DNA of 64,000 bases. It comes from Sphingobacteriia bacterium. GTDB lineage: Bacteria; Bacteroidota; Bacteroidia; Bacteroidales; 4484-276. The position numbers were made by a program, and so were the translations under genes. The stretch lies in assembly GCA_009930115.1 (NCBI GenBank), contig RZYY01000001.1:4167-68166 (forward strand). The letters run 5' to 3'. The notes below the pieces were generated by a model, which ran no database searches, was not told the DNA's origin, and saw only the letters and a program-made list of their open reading frames with translations. Below are positions 39,082 through 48,780 of this stretch, piece by piece (position 1 is the stretch's first letter; each line of letters opens with the position of its first letter).

Positions 39082-39131
39082 AACAAAAATCCCTCACCGA
39101 AGATCTGATAATTTTGCGGAGAGGGCTTTTT
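39082..39131 (-). terminator. Intrinsic terminator downstream of the ferritin-like gene (bidirectional architecture)
   Basis: CCCTCACCG / CGGAGAGGG stem (9 bp, 1 mismatch) with a 17-nt loop. It is flanked by an A-run on the plus side (a U-run for the minus transcript) and by CTTTTT. Confidence 0.55.
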
Positions 39132-39194
39132 GCAATATAGTCTTAAAAAGTCAATAAAACAATAATGAACATTGTGAAGTGCTGATGAGCCGGT

Positions 39195-39707
39195 TTACAA
39201 TCTCATCTTTTTCCATTCTTCTTTCATTCTGTTCAGGTCTGTAAGCCAGGCCTCAATGTCGTCTTCGTGTTCGAGCTCATCATTGAGAATCTGCACAGCC
39301 ATCTGATGGGTGGAGTGGTCTTTTCCTGCGGTATAATCAGCAATTTCCTGATACCGTTGAATGGCACATCTTTCGCCCTTGAGGTTTTGTTCCAGAATGA
39401 CTTCGATGTATGGATCGGTTGGGTCTTCATACTCGCAGCGGGCCAGTTTTACCCATTGGGTTGGATTGGTTACTGGTGTTCCGCCCAATTGAATGATCCG
39501 TTCTGCAACCAACTCTGCATGAGTGAGTTCTTCGTTGGCATGAACGAGAAGTTCAGGCTCTACTTCACTTCTCATTGGGCCTTCCATCAACCGGGCACCA
39601 ATCCAATACTGATAATAGGCAAGCCATTCTTCGGCAAGCGCTGCATTCAACATTTCAATAAGTTTCTTCACATTTACAGATGAAACTTTTACTGCTTCTT
39701 TTCCCAT
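39195..39707 (-). CDS. Ferritin-like (bacterioferritin/DPS-like family) di-iron protein
   Basis: Two ExxH di-iron motifs (NEELTHAELV, DELEHEDDI) in a four-helix-bundle-sized 170-aa protein. Confidence 0.8.
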   Translation of the reverse strand: MGKEAVKVSSVNVKKLIEMLNAALAEEWLAYYQYWIGARLMEGPMRSEVEPELLVHANEELTHAELVAERIIQLGGTPVTNPTQWVKLARCEYEDPTDPYIEVILEQNLKGERCAIQRYQEIADYTAGKDHSTHQMAVQILNDELEHEDDIEAWLTDLNRMKEEWKKMRL

Positions 39708-39791
39708 AATGTTAATTTAATTAAGTTATAACTGGTAAATTGTTTGTCGGTTTTATTATTTACAACAGGCATCAAACCTGCTGATTTCCTG

Positions 39792-39799
39792 CAAAAGTA
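39792..39799 (-). promoter_or_regulatory. Candidate -7 promoter box (TACTTTTG on minus strand) for the ferritin-like gene
   Basis: Plus-strand CAAAAGTA, about 85 nt upstream of ATG 39707. Confidence 0.4.
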
Positions 39800-39940
39800 A
39801 TAATTATTTTAAGAATAACAGCTGTTTTTTCATGTTGCTCTCTGATATTTCGCAGAAATGGACTATGATTGCAAGCGGACAGAGTCTGTCAGAAAGAATA
39901 GTAATTTCAATTTTCAGTGCATTACCATAATCAAAGCAGT

Positions 39941-39948
39941 TACTTTTG
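39941..39948 (+). promoter_or_regulatory. Candidate -7 promoter box TACTTTTG for an EamA transporter
   Basis: Exact TAnnTTTG, 22 nt upstream of ATG 39971. Confidence 0.5.
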
Positions 39949-39970
39949 CATCAAATTTTAAAAAGGGAAA

Positions 39971-40876
39971 ATGCAACCGGTCGTTAAGGGATATGCTTTA
40001 GCTTTTTTGGCTACCATAGCGGTTTCAACAGTTTATATTTTTAGTAAGGCGGCATTAAATGAAGTCAGTCTGCCGCAATTCGGAGTTTACTGGTTTGCTA
40101 TGGCATTATTCTGGAATGGTCTTTTTGCGCTTCGTTCGGAAGAACATCGTCATTTTCATCACATCTCAGGGCGGGCTTTCAAAACCCTTTTCTTTCTTGG
40201 CTTGGTAGAAATTGTTGCCACAACTTCACTTTACAGTGCAATTGCTATTACTCCAAATCCTGCCATACCATCGTTTTTGCGAAATATGGAATACATTTTT
40301 GTTACTTTGTTTGGGGTGTTTTTTTTAAAGGAACATTTCACCAGAACAGAAATATCAGGAATCTTACTCACTTTTACCGGTGCTTTTGTCATCAGCTTTC
40401 AAAAAGGAGCTGACCTTCTGGATTATATTTCGGGAACGTCTGGCCTGATGCTGATTTCAACCTCTTTTTACGGAATACGAACCATACTTGCAAAAAAGAA
40501 CATCGAAACGATTACTCCTACCATGCTTGCAGTGAATCGTGCTATCTTTTTGCTGATCTTCGCTTTTGTTCTGCTTAAAATTCTTGGTCACAGCCTTTTG
40601 ATTCCGTATTCAGCTTTGATAAATATTGCTTTTGGCTCTTTTCTGGGTCCTTTTTTAACATCTTTCAGCCAGTATAGTGCTCTCAAATACATTGAAGCTT
40701 CCAGATCTTCCATCATTCAAAGTTCAACAGCATTGTTTGTGCTTGGCGGAGCCTATCTCTTTTTTGGGAAATTTCCGGCCGGATACCAACTTGCCGGAGG
40801 CTTGCTGACTGTTGCAGGGGTATTATTACTTCTGTCGGGCAAAATGAGCAGGTTAAAAATTAACCGGCGAAATTGA
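39971..40876 (+). CDS. DMT superfamily (EamA-like) transporter
   Basis: Ten-helix hydrophobic profile in two EamA-like halves. 301 aa. Confidence 0.8.
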   Translation: MQPVVKGYALAFLATIAVSTVYIFSKAALNEVSLPQFGVYWFAMALFWNGLFALRSEEHRHFHHISGRAFKTLFFLGLVEIVATTSLYSAIAITPNPAIPSFLRNMEYIFVTLFGVFFLKEHFTRTEISGILLTFTGAFVISFQKGADLLDYISGTSGLMLISTSFYGIRTILAKKNIETITPTMLAVNRAIFLLIFAFVLLKILGHSLLIPYSALINIAFGSFLGPFLTSFSQYSALKYIEASRSSIIQSSTALFVLGGAYLFFGKFPAGYQLAGGLLTVAGVLLLLSGKMSRLKINRRN

Positions 40877-40928
40877 TTGGCTGATAAAGTCCGATCTTTA
40901 AACTGATTGCTGATTTGACTACTTTGCT

Positions 40929-40936
40929 TACTTTTG
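40929..40936 (+). promoter_or_regulatory. Candidate -7 promoter box TACTTTTG for rpe
   Basis: Exact TAnnTTTG ending 12 nt before ATG 40949. Confidence 0.5.
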
Positions 40937-40948
40937 TCAAAAAAAATC

Positions 40949-41611
40949 ATGGGTCATTTAATTGCACCATCGCTGCTCTCAGCCAACTTCGGAAATCTTG
41001 GCAAAGACCTTGAAATGCTGAATCGAAGCCAGGCCGACTGGATTCACGCTGACGTCATGGATGGAAAATTTGTACCTAATATTTCGTTCGGGCAGCCTGT
41101 AATTAAACAAATCAGAAAACTAACCACCAAACCGCTGGATGTCCATCTGATGATTGTTGAACCAGAACGCTATCTGAAATCATTCAGGGATTGTGGAGCA
41201 GATATTCTCAGTGTGCATTATGAAGCTTCCGTTCACCTGCACCGGACCATTACGGAAATCAAAACCCTCGGTATGAAAGCCGGGGTGGTGCTCAATCCCC
41301 ACACTTCCGTATTATTGCTCGAAGACATCATCAACGAAGTGGATTTGGTACTGTTGATGAGTGTAAATCCGGGTTTTGGCGGGCAGAAATTTATCCTTAA
41401 TACTTTTTTACGTATATCGCAGCTCAGGGAAATGATTCTTCAAAAAGGATCAGACGCATTGATTGAGATAGATGGCGGAGTTAACACTGATAATGCTCAG
41501 CAGTTGATCGACAGCGGCGCCGATGTACTTGTTGCCGGAAATGCTGTTTTTTCTTCGGATGATCCGGAACAAACCATCGCCTTGCTTAAATTTCTCAAAC
41601 CATCCAGATAA
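40949..41611 (+). CDS. rpe: Ribulose-phosphate 3-epimerase
   Basis: APSLLSANF, HADVMDGKFVPNISFG and MSVNPGFGGQKF motifs. ATG 40949 is preferred over the TTG at 40934, which lies inside the promoter box. Confidence 0.93.
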   Translation: MGHLIAPSLLSANFGNLGKDLEMLNRSQADWIHADVMDGKFVPNISFGQPVIKQIRKLTTKPLDVHLMIVEPERYLKSFRDCGADILSVHYEASVHLHRTITEIKTLGMKAGVVLNPHTSVLLLEDIINEVDLVLLMSVNPGFGGQKFILNTFLRISQLREMILQKGSDALIEIDGGVNTDNAQQLIDSGADVLVAGNAVFSSDDPEQTIALLKFLKPSR

Positions 41612-41613
41612 TT

Positions 41614-42396
41614 ATGGCAATCAATTCTGTTGTATTGATTGGTGCCGGCAGGGTGGCTACCCAGCTTGGCAGGGTATTAAAGCTAAATGGTATAATCATA
41701 TTGCAGGTTTATAGCCGGACACAGGCTTCAGCTTCGGAATTAGCCAAAAAACTCGGGTGCCAGGCTGTGAGCGGTTCTGAAAAGATTTACCCGGGTGCTG
41801 ATCTTTACATTATTTCTGTTTCCGATGATGCGATTCCTGAAGTTGCCAAAAAACTGAACTTTTCTGACAGTATAGTGGTGCACACATCCGGGTCTGTGGA
41901 TTTAGATGTGTTGAAAATAACATCGGGAAAAACCGGGGTTTTTTATCCACTCAATACTTTTTCCAAAAACCGGGAAACAGATTTAAAAAAAACCCCGATT
42001 TGTGTTGAGGCTGTTGACAAACAAACTGAAAGTGAACTTGCAGCGCTTGGGCAACTTATTTCGGACGACGTCAGGATAATTAATTCGGAGCAACGGTCAA
42101 ATATTCATCTGGCAGCAGTTTTTGCGAGCAATTTTACAAATTTTATGATGGTCAATGCCGCTGAAATTCTTAATAAGGCAGGAGTATCATTTGATATTCT
42201 GATGCCCCTTGTCGAAGAAACCATTTCGAAACTGAAGAAAATCTCTCCACGTAACGCACAGACCGGTCCGGCATTGAGAAACGATGTCAGTATACTTAAA
42301 AAGCACTTAAACATGCTCGGTAATGATCCCGCCAGGCAAATGGTTTATGATTTGTTAAGCGGTCAGATCAAAGAATTTTTTAAAGACAATCAGTAA
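41614..42396 (+). CDS. Rossmann-like plus DUF2520 domain protein
   Basis: N-terminal VVLIGAGRVATQLG dinucleotide-binding motif. The length and C-terminal helical region are typical of the DUF2520 family. Starts 2 nt after the rpe stop. Confidence 0.65.
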   Translation: MAINSVVLIGAGRVATQLGRVLKLNGIIILQVYSRTQASASELAKKLGCQAVSGSEKIYPGADLYIISVSDDAIPEVAKKLNFSDSIVVHTSGSVDLDVLKITSGKTGVFYPLNTFSKNRETDLKKTPICVEAVDKQTESELAALGQLISDDVRIINSEQRSNIHLAAVFASNFTNFMMVNAAEILNKAGVSFDILMPLVEETISKLKKISPRNAQTGPALRNDVSILKKHLNMLGNDPARQMVYDLLSGQIKEFFKDNQ

Positions 42397-42409
42397 CAAA
42401 ACAGCACTT

Positions 42410-42937
42410 ATGCAGGTAAAAAACTATAAAGAATTTCTCAAAAACGTAACCACATTGATTTTTGACTATGACGGGGTTTTCACCGATGGTAAAGTAATTC
42501 TGACCGAAAACGGGGAGCAATTGCGTACTGCCAACGTAAAAGACGGCTATGCACTTCAGCTGGCCGTCAAAAAGGGATATCGTATTGCTGTGATTTCGGG
42601 AGGGACCTCCGAAGCTATCCGTCATCGGATGAACGGACTGAAAATTTTTGATGTTTTTATTAAAGTTGACCATAAAATCCAGGTCTTTCACGATTATCTT
42701 TCCAGGCACAATATTCAACCGGAAGAAGTGCTCTTTATGGGCGATGATATTCCTGACCTGCAGATTATGAAGGAGGTCGGTCTGGTGGCCTGTCCTGCTG
42801 ATGCAGCCGAGGAAGTGAAAGCACTGGCTCATTATATTTCACACCTTGGCGGAGGTGAAGGCTGTGTCCGCGACATAGTCGAACAGGTGATGAAACTTCA
42901 GGGAAATTGGCTTAATGATGATGCGTTTATCTGGTAG
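42410..42937 (+). CDS. kdsC: HAD-IIIA KDO 8-phosphate phosphatase
   Basis: LIFDYDGVFTDGKV (DxD motif), VISGG and MGDDIPDL motifs. 175 aa. Confidence 0.85.
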   Translation: MQVKNYKEFLKNVTTLIFDYDGVFTDGKVILTENGEQLRTANVKDGYALQLAVKKGYRIAVISGGTSEAIRHRMNGLKIFDVFIKVDHKIQVFHDYLSRHNIQPEEVLFMGDDIPDLQIMKEVGLVACPADAAEEVKALAHYISHLGGGEGCVRDIVEQVMKLQGNWLNDDAFIW

Positions 42938-43200
42938 CAAATCTGCCTTGGAATTGGTCGTATTATGATTATCAAAGAGTTATATATTTCAGGATGAGCT
43001 GAAAGCGGATTAAAAAATCAGAATCGTCCTACCCGGTATCAGATTGCTGTTTTCTTTAATGGGAAATCAGGTATAATCAGTTTACGCTATGACCTCAGAA
43101 ACAAGCTGGGATAGTTATAATCACAACATTTACAATAAATTAATAATTTTTCTCCCATCGTTGTTAAAGGTAATTTAATCTTTAAGCAATGAATAAAGCT

Positions 43201-43208
43201 TACTTTTG
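43201..43208 (+). promoter_or_regulatory. Candidate -7 promoter box TACTTTTG for the EF-G paralog
   Basis: Exact TAnnTTTG, 41 nt upstream of ATG 43250. Confidence 0.45.
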
Positions 43209-43249
43209 CCGCCATTTTTAATCTATGAAATATTAATAGCAAAACTGGA

Positions 43250-45322
43250 ATGACATTATCAAAACTTAGAAATATAGGAATTGCAGCTCATATTGATGCC
43301 GGGAAAACTACTTTATCAGAAAGGATTCTTTTTTATACCGGCACAACCCGAAAACTTGGTGAAGTGCATGACGGACAGGCTACAATGGACTTTATGAAGC
43401 AGGAACAGGAGCGGGGTATAACCATAGCTTCGGCTGCTATTACCTGCAACTGGAAAGGACATCAGATTAATCTGATTGATACACCCGGCCATGTCGATTT
43501 CACACTTGAAGTGGAACGTTCGTTACGTGTACTCGATGGAATGATTGCCGTTTTTTGTGCGGTAGGCGGTGTGGAACCCCAGAGTGAAACTGTCTGGAAT
43601 CAGGCAGACCGTTACAGGGTACCACGTATTGCTTTCATCAACAAAATGGATCGTACCGGAGCTGATTTTCAGGATGTTGTAGAGCAAATGAATGAATACC
43701 TGGATGCTAATGCAATTCCATTTCAATATCCGATTGGTGCCGAAGATGATTTTTCCGGAATGGTGGATTTGATCGAAAACAAGGCTTATCATTTCGAAAA
43801 TGGAGATCCGGTGGAAATACCAATTCCGCATGATATCAGACCTATAGTGGAAAAAGCCCGTCAGCAACTGATCGAAAAACTTGCCGAGTTCGATGAAGAA
43901 TTGCTCGGACTCTATCTTGATGAAGAACCCGTTTCGGAGGAATTATTGAAAAAAGCAGCACGTGCTGCTACCCTGAAGCTGATGATTACTCCTGTATTTT
44001 GCGGAGCTGCCTATAAAAATAAGGGTGTTCAGAAACTTCTCGATGCAGTAATTCATTACCTTCCTTCACCCCTTGATATTGGTGCGGTGGTCGGTCATGA
44101 TATTGATGAACCGGAAAAAACCCATACTCGTTGTCCTTCTGTGAAGGAACCATTTGCCGCTCTTGCATTTAAACTAATACACGATCCTTATGTCGGTCAG
44201 CAGACCTTTATTCGTATTTTCTCAGGTTTTATAAAAAGTGGTGTTCAGATTTACAATTCCACTAAATTAAAACATGAACGGGTTGGGCGAATTTTCAGAA
44301 TCAAAGCCAAAGAACGTGTCGAAATTTCGGAAGCAGGACCGGGTGATATTGTTGCTCTGGTTGGAATGAAATTTACCAAAACCGGTGATACGCTCTGTGA
44401 CAATGATCATCCGCTCTTACTCGAATCCATTCACATCCCGCCGACAGTTATTGAGTTAAAAATTAACCCGTCAAATCGTAAAGATCAGAGTAAACTTGGA
44501 GAAGCCCTGGCAAAACTTTCAAATGAAGACCCGTCGTTCAATGTCCGGTTTAACAACGAAACGGAAGAAACCATCATTTCAGGAATGGGAGAGTTGCACC
44601 TTGAAATAATTATTGACCGCCTGAAGGAAGAATTTGGCATTGCCGTGGAAGTTGGTGAACCTTCAGTAGCTTACCGTGAAACCATCACCGCTGAGGTTGA
44701 AAACAATTATAAACATTCTAAACAAACCGGCGGACGTGGACAATATGCCCATACAATCATGCGGCTGGAACCCAATGAGGGGAATGGATACGAGTTTATT
44801 GACAAAATCAAGGGTGGTGCCATCCCTGCCGAGTATGTCAGTTCGGTGAACAAAGGTGTGCTGAAAACCCTCGCCGAAGGAGTACTGGCCGGATTCCCTG
44901 TCGTGGATGTAAAGGTAGTATTGCTGGACGGCACCTTCCATCCGGTAGATTCATCTGATATGGCTTTTCAAACCTGTGCTTCCATTTGTTTTAAAAATGG
45001 TTTTATGAAAGCAAATCCCATCTTGCTTGAACCTATTATGAAAATAGAAATCAATACACCTGATGAATTCATTGGCAATGTCGTCGGGGATTTGAACAAA
45101 CGCAGAGGGAAAATTGAGGCTATGAGAAGATTTCGTAAAGGGGCCCAGAAACTCAACGGCTTTGTGCCTTTAATGGAAATGTTTGGTTATGCAACAACCC
45201 TGAGAAACATCACCAGTGGCCGCGCCAATTATTCCATGGAGTTTTTTAAATATTTACCTTTGAGTCAATCTATTCAGGAACAGGTGCTTAAAAAGCTGGA
45301 AGCTTTGAAAAAGCAGTCATAA
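43250..45322 (+). CDS. Elongation factor G family GTPase (stand-alone paralog, not in an rpsL-rpsG context)
   Basis: [18 protein letters not shown] and NKMD GTPase motifs. Five-domain length of 690 aa. Confidence 0.9.
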   Translation: MTLSKLRNIGIAAHIDAGKTTLSERILFYTGTTRKLGEVHDGQATMDFMKQEQERGITIASAAITCNWKGHQINLIDTPGHVDFTLEVERSLRVLDGMIAVFCAVGGVEPQSETVWNQADRYRVPRIAFINKMDRTGADFQDVVEQMNEYLDANAIPFQYPIGAEDDFSGMVDLIENKAYHFENGDPVEIPIPHDIRPIVEKARQQLIEKLAEFDEELLGLYLDEEPVSEELLKKAARAATLKLMITPVFCGAAYKNKGVQKLLDAVIHYLPSPLDIGAVVGHDIDEPEKTHTRCPSVKEPFAALAFKLIHDPYVGQQTFIRIFSGFIKSGVQIYNSTKLKHERVGRIFRIKAKERVEISEAGPGDIVALVGMKFTKTGDTLCDNDHPLLLESIHIPPTVIELKINPSNRKDQSKLGEALAKLSNEDPSFNVRFNNETEETIISGMGELHLEIIIDRLKEEFGIAVEVGEPSVAYRETITAEVENNYKHSKQTGGRGQYAHTIMRLEPNEGNGYEFIDKIKGGAIPAEYVSSVNKGVLKTLAEGVLAGFPVVDVKVVLLDGTFHPVDSSDMAFQTCASICFKNGFMKANPILLEPIMKIEINTPDEFIGNVVGDLNKRRGKIEAMRRFRKGAQKLNGFVPLMEMFGYATTLRNITSGRANYSMEFFKYLPLSQSIQEQVLKKLEALKKQS

Positions 45323-45390
45323 AACCGACCATATTTTTCGAAACGGAAGTCAGAAAATAATCCGAAATGCCGAATAGTTCATCAGTAATA

Positions 45391-46740
45391 TCAGACAGCA
45401 AGTTTTGTGTGTTTTATAAGGCTTTTCGTTCTCCATTTACCTGAAAGATAATAAATAAATGTGAGCGATAAACCAATGCCCCATCCAATGGGAATAGCCC
45501 ACCAGATCCCTATAACGCCAATATGTCCGGCCAAAAGGTAAGATGCCGGGATGCGTATAATCCACAGCGAAATCAGCGTAATGAACATGGGGATTAAGGT
45601 ATCACCTGCACCCCTCATTACTGCATTTACAACAAACATGGAAGAGAACAGAATATAAAACGATCCGACAATCACCAGATAATCATTACCGATATTGATT
45701 ACCTCTTGATCAGGTGTAAAAAATCCCATCATAGTCTTGCCGAAAAGGATAGCCAGCAAACTAAATAATAAAGAGGTACCTGATGTTATAAGCCAGGTCG
45801 CTTTCAATCCTGCTTTTACACGTTCGGGTTTGTTGGCACCTATGTTTTGACCGACAAACGAAGAGAGTGCAGCGGCAAAATTCATGGCCAGCATCGAAGC
45901 AAAAGAATCAATACGGTTGGCTACACTGTAGGCAGCAATTGTTGATGTACCAAACTGATTAACTATCCCAAAGAGTGCAATCATACCAGCGGCAACAAAC
46001 ATTTGTTGAAGACCTGTTGGCAGCCCGATGCGCAAACTGGTGCGAAACAATGCAATGTTGAATATGTATTTTCGAAATCTAACATTCATAATTGGCAGCC
46101 GCTTGTTGAGGTAAATAATGGCAGTAAAAAATGCTCCTGCCTGTGAAATAATGGTGGCGTAGGCAGCTCCGGCAATACCAAGCCTGAAAACAACTACAAA
46201 CAGCAAATCGAGCAATACATTGGTAATGGTGGAAACTATCAGAAAAATCAATGGTGTTTTCGAATCACCCAGCCCTCTAAGAATAGCACTGATCCCGTTG
46301 AAACCAAAGAAAAAAACAGAACCTAAAAAGTAGATTTTAAGATATAGTCCGGCCTGAGGGACTACCTCATCAGGAAGACCAGTAAGCCTGAAAATGGGAG
46401 TGCTGAAACCTGTGCCAACAATAGTTGCAAAAATCGAGGCAAAAAAGAGAATGATGTAGGTAGTGTCAATGGCTTGCTTTACTTTCTCAAGATCACGGGC
46501 ACCATAATATTGTGAAATGATGATGGTAAAACCCATGCTTAACCCAATGACGAGAGATACAATCAGGAAAATTATAGGAAAAGATGCTCCTACGGCTGCC
46601 AGTGCTTCCTTGCCAATATAGTGCCCTATTACAATGCTGTCCACAACATTGTAGAGCTGCTGAAACACATTGCCATACACCATGGGCATGGCAAATTGCC
46701 TGATTAACTTTCCTTCATGTCCAACAGTAAGGTCTTTCAT
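45391..46740 (-). CDS. MATE family efflux transporter
   Basis: Twelve-helix profile. The N-terminal PMVYGNVFQQLYNVVDSIVIGHYIGKEALAAVG is typical of MATE/NorM-like proteins. Confidence 0.88.
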   Translation of the reverse strand: MKDLTVGHEGKLIRQFAMPMVYGNVFQQLYNVVDSIVIGHYIGKEALAAVGASFPIIFLIVSLVIGLSMGFTIIISQYYGARDLEKVKQAIDTTYIILFFASIFATIVGTGFSTPIFRLTGLPDEVVPQAGLYLKIYFLGSVFFFGFNGISAILRGLGDSKTPLIFLIVSTITNVLLDLLFVVVFRLGIAGAAYATIISQAGAFFTAIIYLNKRLPIMNVRFRKYIFNIALFRTSLRIGLPTGLQQMFVAAGMIALFGIVNQFGTSTIAAYSVANRIDSFASMLAMNFAAALSSFVGQNIGANKPERVKAGLKATWLITSGTSLLFSLLAILFGKTMMGFFTPDQEVINIGNDYLVIVGSFYILFSSMFVVNAVMRGAGDTLIPMFITLISLWIIRIPASYLLAGHIGVIGIWWAIPIGWGIGLSLTFIYYLSGKWRTKSLIKHTKLAV

Positions 46741-47254
46741 CGGAGACAGCCCGCTAAAATATTATTGGTTGCGAAGCTGCAAAAGTAAATAAAAGAACAA
46801 TGGAGATAAATTGTTTGAATTCCAATAAGTTAAAAAAACAAAGTCCTGAAATGGAAATACCAGGTTTTAACAGAATTAATGAAGGGAAAACATTTAGTAA
46901 AAGAAGTAATTTAAATCGAAAAACGGAATACTTTGATACATATTAAAAACATATATAAAACTATATTTATTCGTTTTTAAACGTACTAACAATGTATTAA
47001 CACCGAAGAAACACCGAAGGAACTATCAAGATTTATCCCAAGTTATTACAGGAACAAATGACTGGGGAAATTCTGTTCCATTGATGAATCAACAAAACAT
47101 GAATCACATCTGTTTTATTTATTATGAAGGGGTTAAGCAGAATATTCATTTGTTTTATCGGGAAAAAATCAATCAGATGAACACAGGTTAATAAGCTTAC
47201 TCACGAAATGCTGAATAAATTGGGCCGGGGAAATGTCTGGAGAAAGGTTTTTTA

Positions 47255-47262
47255 TACATTTG
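47255..47262 (+). promoter_or_regulatory. Candidate -7 promoter box TACATTTG for an EamA transporter
   Basis: Exact TAnnTTTG, 29 nt upstream of ATG 47292. Confidence 0.45.
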
Positions 47263-47291
47263 CGTGCAAACAATCCTCTTTCAGCAATTTT

Positions 47292-48239
47292 ATGTACAAC
47301 AAAGGTTCACAAAATCAGTCAGCCCGGTCGAATCTTCTTCTTGTATTGACAGCAATAATCTGGGGATTTGCCTTTGTGGCGCAGCGTGCGGGTATGGAGC
47401 ATGTCGGGCCTTTTACATACAATGGAATCAGATTTTTATTGGGAAGTTTGTCGTTGTTGCCATTGTATTATTTCACAAAAAAACATGAAAAGCAATCAGC
47501 AGCCGGACCGGTCATTTGTAAAAGATATACCCTCAATGGCGGATTTTTGGCAGGAGTAGTTATGTTCTTTGCAGCATCTTTTCAGCAGGTAGGAATAGTT
47601 TTTACCACTGCCGGAAAAGCTGGTTTTATCACTGGACTATACGTGATTTTTGTTCCTTTTATCGGGATGCTCTTTGGACAAAAGACAAAAATCAATATCT
47701 GGATTGGAGCTGTTATTGCTGTCGTCGGACTTTACTTTTTGAGCATAAGCGGCAGTTTAAAAATTGCTCTTGGAGACATGTTGGTTCTGATTAGTGCTCT
47801 GTTTTTTGCTGTTCATATTCTGATTATTGGTTATTTTTCAAAAAGAGTTGATGTTATAAGGCTTTCATTACTTCAGTTTACTGTATGTTCTTTCTTGAGT
47901 TTATTAGTTGCTGTGATTACTGAAAGTTTTCAAATAAAAGCGGTTTTGGAAGCCGCACTTCCCATCATTTACGGAGGAATATTTTCTGTTGGGATTGCTT
48001 ACACATTGCAGGTTAGCGGACAGAAACACGCCCATCCTTCATCTGCTTCCATCATTCTAAGCCTTGAATCGCTGTTTGCAGCCATAGGTGGCTGGCTGAT
48101 TCTGGGAGAGAAAATGACATCCGGAGCAGTATTAGGGTGCATTTTGATGCTTACGGGTATGATCCTTGCACAGATAAGTTTCACAAGAAACAAACTGATT
48201 GCATTTCCTCTCAAACAGGAAAATCATCTGAAAAAATAG
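47292..48239 (+). CDS. DMT superfamily (EamA-like) transporter
   Basis: LLVLTAIIWGFAFVAQR EamA N-terminal pattern. Ten helices. ATG 47292 is preferred because the track start at 47208 lies upstream of the promoter box. Confidence 0.8.
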   Translation: MYNKGSQNQSARSNLLLVLTAIIWGFAFVAQRAGMEHVGPFTYNGIRFLLGSLSLLPLYYFTKKHEKQSAAGPVICKRYTLNGGFLAGVVMFFAASFQQVGIVFTTAGKAGFITGLYVIFVPFIGMLFGQKTKINIWIGAVIAVVGLYFLSISGSLKIALGDMLVLISALFFAVHILIIGYFSKRVDVIRLSLLQFTVCSFLSLLVAVITESFQIKAVLEAALPIIYGGIFSVGIAYTLQVSGQKHAHPSSASIILSLESLFAAIGGWLILGEKMTSGAVLGCILMLTGMILAQISFTRNKLIAFPLKQENHLKK

Positions 48240-48255
48240 TGGTAATTTTGCCGGC

Positions 48256-48665
48256 AAAAGCAGCAGCCTGTTCTGTCACTGCTTTTGCTTTCATGCAAAA
48301 GGGGAGGAAAGTCGGGACAACGCAGAGCGCCATACTTCCTAACGGGAAGGTCTCGTGAAAACGGGAACAGCAAGTGCCACAGAAAACAACCGTCCCGCCT
48401 GTGCGGGATAAGGGTGAAAACGTGAGGTAAGAGCTCACGCACTGCGGTGGTGACATTGCAGCGGGGTAAACCTTATGGGTTGAAAGGCCATGTATATCAC
48501 GGTTCTGCATCAGCAGAATGAAGGTTGCTCGCCCAAATGCCGCTTAACCGGCATGCCGTGAGGGGTAGGCCGTTAGAGCCATGCTGTGAAGCTTGGCCCA
48601 GACAAATGACAGAAACTCCTGCTCCGGCAGGATGACAGAATCCCGCTTACAGGGCTGCCGCTTTT
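48256..48665 (+). ncRNA. rnpB: RNase P RNA, bacterial type A
   Basis: Universally conserved strings GAGGAAAGUC, GCCACAGAAAACAACCG, GGAUAAGGGUGAAAACGUGAGGUAAGAGCUCACGC, GGGGUAAACC and ACAGAAUCCCGCUUAC. The P1 helix is formed by AAAAGCAGCAGCCUGU (5') and ACAGGGCUGCCGCUUUU (3'). Confidence 0.9.
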
Positions 48666-48780
48666 TTTTATGAAACATTCCTTCTTTATTAATACCCCGT
48701 TAAATGGACGACAAACAAAATTCAGGATTACTTTACTGACCAGTTTTTCTGACAGTACATTCGATAATTTTCGCAGGTTA

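Noticed and set aside
43250-45322. The EF-G paralog might be a Tet(M)/Tet(Q)-type ribosomal protection protein.
   Set aside because: The length (690 aa) and the N-terminal and domain IV regions look EF-G-like rather than like the shorter (about 640 aa) ribosomal protection proteins. This cannot be fully excluded without phylogeny.
48137-48510. ORFs 48137-48358 (+), 48211-48510 (-) and 48224-48442 (-).
   Set aside because: They overlap the RNase P RNA, whose conserved core strings explain the open frames and the local GC richness.
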